A DNA stretch of 48,197 nucleotides, taken from NCBI RefSeq assembly GCF_001194135.2, contig NC_068983.1, forward strand, positions 137,507,169-137,555,365, given 5' to 3'. The position numbers and the translations under genes are program-made. Source of the DNA: Octopus bimaculoides. Its lineage: Eukaryota. Shown here piece after piece: positions 37,028 through 47,500 of this stretch. Numbering within the stretch: position 1 is the first letter of the stretch; each line of letters begins with the position of its first letter. Under the pieces are notes generated by a model that ran no database searches, was not told the DNA's origin, and saw only the letters and a list, made by a program, of their open reading frames with translations.

Positions 37028-37233
37028 CACTCTGAGCGAAATGCTTAACGGTATTTCGTCTGTCGCTACGTTCTGAGTTCAAATTCCGCTGAGGTCGACT
37101 TTGTCTTTCATCCTTTCAGGGTTGATTAAATAAGTACCAATTATGCACTGAGGTCGATATAATTGACTTAATCCGTTTGTCTGTCCTTGTTTGTCCCCTT
37201 TGTGTGTAGCCCCTTGTTGGCAGTAAAGAAATA
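37006..37233 (+). mobile_element. Complete tRNA-derived SINE with 16-bp target-site duplication
   Basis: TSD agaaagtgaacgttga at 36990-37005 and 37234-37249; ggcgagctggcagaa A-box-like start; gttcaaattcc B-box; A-rich end. Confidence 0.9.
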
Positions 37234-37249
37234 AGAAAGTGAACGTTGA

Positions 37250-37400
37250 TCCTCATAATTAACACATCCACACACAAAATGTGGAAAACTTGTGGATACG
37301 AGCAAAACGGAAGTTGCTACGGCAGTTTGGGACATCGGACGAATTGTTTGTTTCATATTTGCATGAATTTGTATGGCATAGAAAAACACACATCTCTTCA
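37250..37400 (+). mobile_element. Merlin/IS1595-type transposase C-terminal fragment
   Basis: VDPHN*HIHTQNVENLWIRAKRKLLRQFGTSDELFVSYLHEFVWHR matches the HTQxIExxWxxxKR...YLxEFxWR signature. Confidence 0.75.
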
Positions 37401-37665
37401 CCTTCTGGTGGTGATCACCAGTGTTTATCCTGTGTAAAAAATAAGTTGCTTCATTTACAACTTATCTCCCTACTTTTGTTTTAACGTGAAAGATGTATGT
37501 GCGTGTAGTATATGAAATGGACGTGTGAGTGAAAGAGAGACAGATAGAGAAAAAGAGAGAGTGAGTAAAGGGGTATGCTGTCATGGAATCAGACTCATTA
37601 CTAGAATGGTATGGGTCAATCCTGGCAGGGTTTAAAAGCCTCATCGTATATATATATATATATAT

Positions 37666-38013
37666 AAGAAGCATCAGTTGTGGTGTGCAAGAGAGACGAT
37701 TGCGCTGGTATGGTCATGTGGCGAGAATGGACGAGGATAGCTGTGTGAAAAAGTGCCACACCCTAGCAGTTGAGGGAACCTGTGGAAGAGGTAGGCCCAG
37801 GAAGACCTGGGAAGAGGTGGTGAGGCAAGACCTTCGAACATTGGGCCTCACCAAGGCGATGACTTCTGACTGAGACCTTTGGAAATATGCTGTGCGTGAG
37901 AAGACCCGGCAAGCCAAGTGAGACCTAAATGCAAGGCCTCTACCAGGGGTATAGCCAGCCCACTTATGCATACCTTTCCTTCATTGGACACTAAACTCTG
38001 CTTGCAAAGACCT
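37666..38013 (+). mobile_element. RTE LINE C-terminal fragment (runs into a gap)
   Basis: RRLRWYGHVARMDEDSCVKKCHTLAVEGTCGRGRPRKTWEEVVRQDL. Confidence 0.9.
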
Positions 38014-39636
38014 NNNNNNNNNNNNNNNNNNNNNNNNNNNNNNNNNNNNNNNNNNNNNNNNNNNNNNNNNNNNNNNNNNNNNNNNNNNNNNNNNNNNNNN
38101 NNNNNNNNNNNNNNNNNNNNNNNNNNNNNNNNNNNNNNNNNNNNNNNNNNNNNNNNNNNNNNNNNNNNNNNNNNNNNNNNNNNNNNNNNNNNNNNNNNNN
38201 NNNNNNNNNNNNNNNNNNNNNNNNNNNNNNNNNNNNNNNNNNNNNNNNNNNNNNNNNNNNNNNNNNNNNNNNNNNNNNNNNNNNNNNNNNNNNNNNNNNN
38301 NNNNNNNNNNNNNNNNNNNNNNNNNNNNNNNNNNNNNNNNNNNNNNNNNNNNNNNNNNNNNNNNNNNNNNNNNNNNNNNNNNNNNNNNNNNNNNNNNNNN
38401 NNNNNNNNNNNNNNNNNNNNNNNNNNNNNNNNNNNNNNNNNNNNNNNNNNNNNNNNNNNNNNNNNNNNNNNNNNNNNNNNNNNNNNNNNNNNNNNNNNNN
38501 NNNNNNNNNNNNNNNNNNNNNNNNNNNNNNNNNNNNNNNNNNNNNNNNNNNNNNNNNNNNNNNNNNNNNNNNNNNNNNNNNNNNNNNNNNNNNNNNNNNN
38601 NNNNNNNNNNNNNNNNNNNNNNNNNNNNNNNNNNNNNNNNNNNNNNNNNNNNNNNNNNNNNNNNNNNNNNNNNNNNNNNNNNNNNNNNNNNNNNNNNNNN
38701 NNNNNNNNNNNNNNNNNNNNNNNNNNNNNNNNNNNNNNNNNNNNNNNNNNNNNNNNNNNNNNNNNNNNNNNNNNNNNNNNNNNNNNNNNNNNNNNNNNNN
38801 NNNNNNNNNNNNNNNNNNNNNNNNNNNNNNNNNNNNNNNNNNNNNNNNNNNNNNNNNNNNNNNNNNNNNNNNNNNNNNNNNNNNNNNNNNNNNNNNNNNN
38901 NNNNNNNNNNNNNNNNNNNNNNNNNNNNNNNNNNNNNNNNNNNNNNNNNNNNNNNTTAAATCTATTTTTAGAAATGATGATATTTTAATTTATTGTTTTG
39001 TGTGGGTTGTAGGGATAAGATTTTTAAACCCCAGTAGGTGTTTGGCTGTTCTTAGAAATGATGCCAAATCTATTTATAGAAATGATGATATCTGAGAGAT
39101 TTTTTGTGTTTTGGTTACAGGGATAAGATTTTTAAACCCCAAGTAAGATGGATTTAATCATTGTTTGTTAAGAGTGGGTTTGAATTTCTTAATAAAGTCC
39201 TTTTCTTTGCATTTTCTTTCAATTTCATTCCGGTTATAAAGTTTATGGAATGGAAATATAATAAAAGTTTGATGACCACATGTTGCTAGATGGTTAGGAG
39301 TTCAGATTTTGAATCCAATGCAAGTTAGCATATACGATCTGAAATAGCAAGTAACGTGGCAAATTTATAAGAGTGTTCAAGGGAACTTAATCTCTTACAC
39401 TGCGTTTATAAAGAGCAATATGGTGCAAAGTGAAGACCATACACTAATATTTCAGATGAAATCTTCATATAAATACTAGTTTTCTGTACACATAATTAAG
39501 AAAGAATTATTGGTGTAATTCGTTGTTTGTAAGATTCTGATAAAAAGATATTGTACTAATTTTTTTTTAGATATCTAGAAAATGTGTGTCAATATTCTCA
39601 TAATAGGACATTTTTTTTTTCTAGAGTGATGATTTT

Positions 39637-39840
39637 ATGCCTCCCAAACTATCAGCACTGAGCCGTCTCAACAAAAATGCTAGGACAGCCAGAGAAAAAC
39701 AAAAAAATGAAACCACAGAGGAAAGGCAATTAAGATTACAAAGACAATTTGCTAGTCGGCACGCAGAAACAGCAGAACAATGGCAGGTAAGATTCGAAGC
39801 TCAGAAACAGTGGAGCAAAAGTTATCTTGCAGCTCTTAAG
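39637..39840 (+). CDS. BTB gene 3, predicted exon 1: STPR-like / Helitron N-terminus-like
   Basis: MPPKLSALSRLNKNARTAREKQKNETTEERQLRL...ETAEQWQVRFEAQKQWSKSYLAALK; phase-0 donors CAG|GTAAGA (39787) and AAG|GTAGAT (39841); the link is inferred. Confidence 0.55.
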
Positions 39841-40653
39841 GTAGATAAATCAGGTATACCTTCTTAAGCATTCCACACCTATCGGAGAAATAGAACAAAC
39901 ATTTGCTTCCAGAGTTTATTTGGGAGGTCATTGATATTGCAGTTAATTTCAGAAACCAAAGATAGATGTAGGATAAATGTATTAAGAAGCTTCATGATAT
40001 GAGGTTTCTTGTGATGTAAACTTTAAGTACTGCAGCCACTTCACGGTTTTCTTATAGATTGAACTCAATACAATACAGTTTTGAGGGATCGCTGTCCATG
40101 TAAATTGAGTATAATTTTGGAATCAACGTATGTGATAGAAATACAAATGTAACGACGCTAATGTCAAATGAATTATAAATTGTAAATTTAATCAGGAATT
40201 ACAATGTTGAAAAATTTTCTGAGGAAGAGCTACCATAGAAAATCTGTGTGAATTGTGGCAGCAGTTATTATATATTTGATGTTGAAGACAAATTACAACA
40301 GTCTACCATCATGTCAGATTTCAGAATAGGATAAGTATAACATCCAGCTCCATTCTCATTTCAGTTTTGGAATTCTGTAGAAATTCTCTGTTCAGGTTGA
40401 TTTTGAATGCTATTGGGAGTTGCCATATACTTATGTGGCTGACAGATTCCATTTTTCCTTAGTGGAAGATTCAGTGTGGGAATTCAGTATTATTTGTTAA
40501 TCTTGCAAACAGGAATTTTTAGTTATCATTGACATTTTCATTAACATAATATATTTATTCATCACAATCCAAATTATTTCCATTTAACTGAAATCTTTAT
40601 TTTTTTGTTTGATCATGCCTCACTTCTTCAACACTCAAATGAAAATGATACAG

Positions 40654-40736
40654 AAAAAAAAGAACGAAACACAGCACCTTGGAGAGCAACACCTGCAGAA
40701 TCAGATGTTAAAAAATCAACAATCACATGACAGATG
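40654..40736 (+). CDS. BTB gene 3, exon 2 (5' boundary uncertain)
   Basis: Phase-2 donor TG|GTATGT as in gene 1; the first in-frame AG after the pyrimidine tract is 40652-53 (phase 0); an in-frame ATG at 40615 is an alternative start. Confidence 0.55.
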
Positions 40737-40830
40737 GTATGTGGTGACTAAAATGGTATTTTGACAATGTTATTGAGTTACTATTTTTCTTACATATTTC
40801 TTCTGAATTAATTGCAAATTTTCATTTTAG

Positions 40831-41176
40831 GCAAATGGACAGTGCTTTATCATCTCCAAAGACTTCAAAATGTGTACATCTAACAACTAAAATGCCAGTC
40901 CAGCAAGATTCAAGTTTAGCACAAGCATCTCAAAATATTACAAAGCCAGCTCAGGTGTTGACTTCACCATTTCAAATAACTCCATCCAAATCAAATCTGG
41001 TGAAAAATCCAAATCAAACAACCGTATTTAAATCAATAATTAGAAAAAAATTTTTATTGAAACGGAAATTGCTAGTTACTAGTCATCAACGTAATGTCAT
41101 GTTTAACCTAGCATCTATGTGGAGAAGTAGAAAATTATGTGATGCCAGTGTTACCAATGGCTCATCTACTGTAATG
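40831..41176 (+). CDS. BTB gene 3, exon 3 (N-terminal part of BTB)
   Basis: ttttag|G CAA; HQRNVMFNLASMWRSRKLCDASVTNGSSTVM; ATG|GTAAGT. Confidence 0.85.
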
Positions 41177-41380
41177 GTAAGTATACAGTTGTACACTTTT
41201 TCACCTTTATAAACTGTTTCAATTGTCATCACGATAGCTAAAAGATCTTGCTTGTAAGTCTAAAAGATTATGCTTAATTTCTAATGTGCTTAATATCAAA
41301 ATATTCTTTCTTCTACTTCCCTCTATATTTCTTAAAGGTAGGTTTAGCCTTTATCAGAAGTTATAGATAAAATACTTATT

Positions 41381-42082
41381 GGATCTTTCTGAATTGACGG
41401 GCACCACTTGTTTTCTTAATGAAACACTTTCAAACTTGGGATACTGGTAGAATGTCATATAAAACATCTTTTTCTCTTAGCCTTCTTAACAAAAATTTCT
41501 ACATGGCAAGTTATTTCATGTTAAAGTATTTCTGTAATTTCAACCAATCACAGACGTATATTCAGCTGAATAGAGTTACTACTGTTTTTGTAAACAATAA
41601 TTTTTGCCAGTGTCAAGATCGTTATTCCCTAGTAAGGGTTTAGGGTTTTAGGATTAGGGTTCGGGTTTTAGAGTTAGGGTTAGGATTAGGGTTATGAGTT
41701 AGGTTATGGCAAAAATAATCATAACCCTAACTCTAAAACCAGTACAAACACAGAACAATGTTATAAATAACAGTTCTGCCGATAGTTGTTGTTGACAAAC
41801 AACGGCACTAATTTTATTCAAAGGAAAAGATTCCATTACACCGCTAGAATATGTTGTTTATATTTCATAGCAGTAATTGTTTTCACCTCAATAGACGTCA
41901 GTGATTGGTTGAAATTACCGAAATACGACAATTTTTTGACATAAAATAACTTCAAATACAAAAATTTTTATCTGTTCTATAACACAAAATATACAAGTAT
42001 ACGAAGTTTGAAAGTGTTTCGGTACCAAAAACACTACATAAAACATAAATGAAAAGTGGTGCCCGTCAATTCAGAAAGATCC
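41381..42082. mobile_element. Complete 702-bp non-autonomous DNA transposon (GG-start TIRs, 8-bp TSD; Merlin-like MITE)
   Basis: TIR ggatctttctgaattgacgggcaccac at both ends; TSD tacttatt at 41373-41380 and 42083-42090; central TTAGGG/CCCTAA-like tract. Confidence 0.9.
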
Positions 42083-42426
42083 TACTTATTAAGTTTTAAG
42101 TATTATTATTATTATTAGAAAATGTAATGATGCAATCATTGAAAATAAATTTTACTAAAACATTTGCTTACTAATATAGAAAAGAATATGTTACAGAAAA
42201 AGAAAATGGAGTTGATTTAATTAAGGTATTAATGAAATAACTCTTTGAAATAATTGAAGTTTAAATCAACTTCCAGTGGCTTGAGACTTTTGGTAGTGAA
42301 TAGGTTTTGTAGAAGATGGAGAAAGATAAACTTACATTTTTCTACTTTATAAACATATTTCTTAAATGTCTATCATTGTATTGTTGGCAAGCTATAAATA
42401 TACTGTTATTATTTACTATATTTCAG

Positions 42427-43620
42427 GTTCATAAAATAGTCTTGTCTGCTGCGTCTCCAAAATTGTTATCAGTAATTAGTACACATATCTTTTCTCAGTT
42501 TTATGAAGTAAAATTACCTGAAGTAAGCACAGAAACTTTAATGGCTTTTGTTGAATACATGTATACTGGACTATTAGATCTTGATCTTAATATTTTACAA
42601 CAGCTAAAAGTCATTGCAAAACAATTAGACATGAAAGACTTACAAAATATATGTGATGTTCATCTTTTACGTGGAGCACGTCAGCAACATTCTTCAACAG
42701 TGACTGCGTTTGATGATCCTAGGCAGATGCCATCTGATGTTTCAGCTGTTGCGACAGACGATATTAAACAGGAGATTTCTCAAAATGAATCAGCAGAACT
42801 TAAAGAAGATGTGGTTAGCATCTTTGAGCAAGAGGTTGAGGCTGCATCTTCGGACACTAAGGATAGCAGCTCTCTAGTTGGTTCTGCTATTCTTCCCACT
42901 GTAAAAATCGAGCCTGTAGGACCTGATGACGACAAATATGGTCAAATGAACATGCCATCGTATGTTTCAGCTGTCCCTACAGACGATATTAAACAGGAGA
43001 TTTCTCAAAATGAATCAGCAGAACTTAAAAAAGATACAGTTAGACACTTTGAGCAAGAGATTGATGCTGCATCTCTGGACACCAAGGGTGACAACTCTCC
43101 TGTTGGTTCTGTTATTCTTCCCACTGTAAAAATCGAGCCTGTAGGACCTGATGACGACAAATATGGTCAAATGAATGAAAGAGCTTACACATTTTGTTCA
43201 GTTTCAGATAGTTCTCAGGCACTAAGCACTTCTTTGAATTCTATAGCTGTGTCCACTACAGATTTTAGCTTACCATTTTCAGATACCACAAACAGCAAAG
43301 CAACTGCAAATAAGATACATGGAACATCACCTAAATTAAAATCTAACGTATTTGAAAGTTCTCTAGTTTCTGACTCATCTGTGTCATATCGTGAAGAAAA
43401 ACTGTGTTCTCAATCTAGACTCATAAGAGAAGACCCTTCTAAACCACTAAATCGAACAATAACAACTCATTCAATTGACAACAATGAGACTTGTGGTAGC
43501 AATGAAGATGTCTATCCTGTAGGACTTTTTACAGCAGGAGGGGACAGATTACCATTATCATCAACACAAGTTACCAATGTCAAAAATATAGGTTTATATA
43601 AAACAGATGGTCTTACTTGA
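42427..43620 (+). CDS. BTB gene 3, terminal exon with 225-nt internal duplication
   Basis: tttcag|GTT CAT AAA; VHKIVLSAASPKL...EYMYTG; TGA 43618-43620; AATAAA at 43687; predicted 608-aa protein. Confidence 0.9.
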   Translation, partial: VHKIVLSAASPKLLSVISTHIFSQFYEVKLPEVSTETLMAFVEYMYTGLLDLDLNILQQLKVIAKQLDMKDLQNICDVHLLRGARQQHSSTVTAFDDPRQMPSDVSAVATDDIKQEISQNESAELKEDVVSIFEQEVEAASSDTKDSSSLVGSAILPTVKIEPVGPDDDKYGQMNMPSYVSAVPTDDIKQEISQNESAELKKDTVRHFEQEIDAASLDTKGDNSPVGSVILPTVKIEPVGPDDDKYGQMNERAYTFCSVSDSSQALSTSLNSIAVSTTDFSLPFSDTTNSKATANKIHGTSPKLKSNVFESSLVSDSSVSYREEKLCSQSRLIREDPSKPLNRTITTHSIDNNETCGSNEDVYPVGLFTAGGDRLPLSSTQVTNVKNIGLYKTDGLT

Positions 43621-43899
43621 TACAAGAAGTAGTTAGTTTTCAGTTTACATAAACATACACACTGATAACTTCAGCTTTAATTTTGTAATAAATAATTTTT
43701 GAAATACCCACCTTGTTTTATTTTCTAATGAAAAATACAGTAGAGTTTTCTATCTTGTGAGAAATTGTTGATAAATTTCAGTATTGTCTACATAAACTTG
43801 TTTTTTGTTGACTATTGCTGCTAGATGTAACCTGTTGCTATCCTCATTTATTACCTTTGTACTACTAGGAGTTGGGTGATTGAACAATAGCAGTGGTGG

Positions 43900-44400
43900 T
43901 AGCAGTGCTGCTGCCTTGAAGTCGCCAAACTACGATGAGATATAAGCACTGTAGAATTGGAATTCTTCTGCTACCTGCAAGGCTTCTCCATTGCTGTTAC
44001 TCATGACTGTATCATTGGTGTTTGAAGTTCAGATCACTGGTTTTCTTTAAGAATAGTTCTACTTCTATAATATTCTGTATCAACTGCAAGCAGGATTTTG
44101 CAAGCTTTTTCAGCAATATTTAAGACTAGTGAGATGTTGACACGACCTAGATTAACAACTAATATCTGGCATACAATGAATTCCATTTCTTGACTGCAGT
44201 GTGACCTCAGTGCTTCTCTACATAACTTTCAGTAATATGTTTGAGTAATAAAGACTGCACACCGGTGTAGTTGTTGGCGACATTCATTTCACTGCCAGGC
44301 AAGTTTGTCTTCACTTGAGCCTTCATGCATGACTTGATCGCTTGTGCTACCTTCTCAGGATTGTCATATCTTTTCAGAATGCAGACAAGTTCTCCTCAAT
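43900..44400 (-). mobile_element. Degenerate RTE-type RT fragment
   Basis: Minus translation ILKRYDNPEKVAQAIKS...TGVQ and NGEALQVAEEFQFYSAYISS resemble LxAYGIPEKI..AI...GV.QG and G..L..V..FxYLGS. Confidence 0.45.
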
Positions 44401-44591
44401 GAAGTGTAAGAAAGTATTTCTTACAACCAAATATAATTGGAATCTTTCTGTTCATCTCTCTTTTCATGATCCTGCTCAGAACCAAGATATGTTTATGACT
44501 GTCTGTTTCTCTTGAAATTTGTTCTGTTGAAACCTCAGCAGAGGAGTTAACAGGCTGAAAATGGTTGACATACAAAATAAAAACTATTTTC

Positions 44592-47500
44592 ATAGTTTTT
44601 ATTTTTTGAAAGACTATCCATATTTTCTTCTTGATGGGAAATTGAAAGGGTTAGACACTGGCTCATGGTTTCTGTAAGGAAATGACTGCTGGCTGTTTAG
44701 AAAATCAAATATTGAAGTTTGAGATGATCCTAACTATAGTTTCTGGAAGGTTCATCTAAATTCTAAAGGTTGAATGCAGAAAGATTCTATTCAGATTGTA
44801 GATTTTGACAAAGATTTTCAGTTGCATATAGTATGTTTATTGTGATGTAGACAGGTGATGAAGGGGTGCGGCTAAGTGGTTTAGGTATTCAGGTCATGAG
44901 TTTAATTCCCAGTGGTGCAGTGTATCATTGAACAAGATACTTTATCTCATGTTGCTCCAGTCCACTTAACTGGCAAAAATGAGTAGTACCTGTATTTCAG
45001 GAATATGGATTTTCTAGGAGAGGATTCCTAGTCCCTTCGTGATTGTGCCTACAATGTTATATGGTGCAGAGACGTGGGGGCTGAGAGAGGTGGAAAGGAA
45101 GTGACTAGTTGTGTTTCAGATGAGATATCTGAGGGCTATGGTGGGTGTGACACGGATGAACAGGATGAGGAATAACGAGGTACGAATATGAGCAGAAATG
45201 AATGATAAAGTAACAACCAAATTGGATAGATGAATGCGGCCTCATGGATGAGGAACAGATGGTAAGGAGGGTGATGATGGCTGAAATGGTAGGCAGCAGA
45301 CCTTTGTCCATGTGGATGGATGGGGTGAGGAAAGCTTTGGTAGTTAGAGGTGTTGAAGTTAGAGAGGCAAGAGAGTTTATAAATGATAGGAAAGCTTGGA
45401 GAGTGTTTGTAAATGCATGAATGAATTTTGATGTTGCTCAAATGGGTATGGTATCAGCATGATGCGGCAGGAGTAAACTAGCATATGCTGTCAGGTCCCA
45501 CTGCTGATATTGGGGGTCGCGTTCTGCTCCTTGACTCCAGCATAGAGTGGGGTTCGCCCCTTTGAGATGGGAAATAAATGGAATGCTTGCTGTGGCTACC
45601 CACTCCTAAAAAAATATATGGGAAATATGCTTAGGTATATGTATGTGCCTAAATTTAAAAGGGCAGGCCTTGTTGCATTCTGTGTCACACTGAATCTCCC
45701 TGAGAACTATGTTAAGGTGTCAGTGTGTGATAAGAATCTTGCTTCCAAACCATATATTTCTGGGTTCAGTCTCACTCTGTGTCACCTTGGGCAAGTATCT
45801 TCTACTATAGCCTTGGGCTGACCAAAGCCTTGTGAGTGGATTTGGTTGACAGAAACTGAAAGAAACCCATTGTATGTGTGTATGTGTTTGTCATCACATC
45901 ACTTGACATCCATTGCTGGTGTGTTTATGTCCCTGTAATGTAGCAGTTTGGCAAAGGATAGACATATTGTATCTAAGGATAACATCATTCAAAGTGTCCC
46001 TTTCAGGATCTTTTCCTTTCGATTAATTAATTTTCTTTAACTAAACACTTTGAAACTTCGTATATTGGTAGAATGTGTCATATAGAACATCTTTTACTCG
46101 TAGCATTGTTGAGAAAAGTTTGGGATCTATTTTAAAACGGGGGCCACATTTTTCATTAATGTTTTACGTAGTGTTTTTGATACGGAAAGACTTTCAAACT
46201 TCGTATACTTATCTATTTTGTGTTATAGAACAGAAAAATATTTTTGTATTCGAATTTATTTCATGTAAAAAATTGTCTTATTTCGATAATTTCAACCAAT
46301 CACTGACAAGTATTCAGTTGTTTATATTTACTCCTTTGGCTGATTGAGCGGTGTAAAGCGTATTTAATCTCCATACCTTCGTTTTATTTGCTTTTTTCAT
46401 TTTAAATTTGCCTTAACCCTAACCCTAAGGTTAGGGTTAGGGTTAATTGTTTCAGAATCGTTTGTTTATGTAGTCGGCNNNNNNNNNNNNNNNNNNNNNN
46501 NNNNNNNNNNNNNNNNNNNNNNNNNNNNNNNNNNNNNNNNNNNNNNNNNNNNNNNNNNNNNNNNNNNNNNNNNNNNNNNNNNNNNNNNNNNNNNNNNNNN
46601 NNNNNNNNNNNNNNNNNNNNNNNNNNNNNNNNNNNNNNNNNNNNNNNNNNNNNNNNNNNNNNNNNNNNNNNNNNNNNNNNNNNNNNNNNNNNNNNNNNNN
46701 NNNNNNNNNNNNNNNNNNNNNNNNNNNNNNNNNNNNNNNNNNNNNNNNNNNNNNNNNNNNNNNNNNNNNNNNNNNNNNNNNNNNNNNNNNNNNNNNNNNN
46801 NNNNNNNNNNNNNNNNNNNNNNNNNNNNNNNNNNNNNNNNNNNNNNNNNNNNNNNNNNNNNNNNNNNNNNNNNNNNNNNNNNNNNNNNNNNNNNNNNNNN
46901 NNNNNNNNNNNNNNNNNNNNNNNNNNNNNNNNNNNNNNNNNNNNNNNNNNNNNNNNNNNNNNNNNNNNNNNNNNNNNNNNNNNNNNNNNNNNNNNNNNNN
47001 NNNNNNNNNNNNNNNNNNNNNNNNNNNNNNNNNNNNNNNNNNNNNNNNNNNNNNNNNNNNNNNNNNNNNNNNNNNNNNNNNNNNNNNNNNNNNNNNNNNN
47101 NNNNNNNNNNNNNNNNNNNNNNNNNNNNNNNNNNNNNNNNNNNNNNNNNNNNNNNNNNNNNNNNNNNNNNNNNNNNNNNNNNNNNNNNNNNNNNNNNNNN
47201 NNNNNNNNNNNNNNNNNNNNNNNNNNNNNNNNNNNNNNNNNNNNNNNNNNNNNNNNNNNNNNNNNNNNNNNNNNNNNNNNNNNNNNNNNNNNNNNNNNNN
47301 NNNNNNNNNNNNNNNNNNNNNNNNNNNNGGAAAGACTTTATCCCCCACTCTCCAATTCCTTCATTTTTCCGTAACTCTAACCCTAAGATCCCAACCCTAA
47401 CCTGAAAATCCTAAAGCTAAAACCAGTACAAACGAACGAACGATGTCATAAATAACAGTGAAAAACGAAATAAACACCGCCGGTAGTTGTTGACAAACGA

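Noticed and set aside
3548-39867. Autonomous Helitron
   Set aside because: No Rep (HUH) or PIF1-helicase coding motifs were found near any STPR-like exon.
41630-41740. TTAGGG-like tracts as evidence of a chromosome fusion or telomere (also 25595, 46410, 47370)
   Set aside because: They are short, degenerate and mostly internal to a MITE family.
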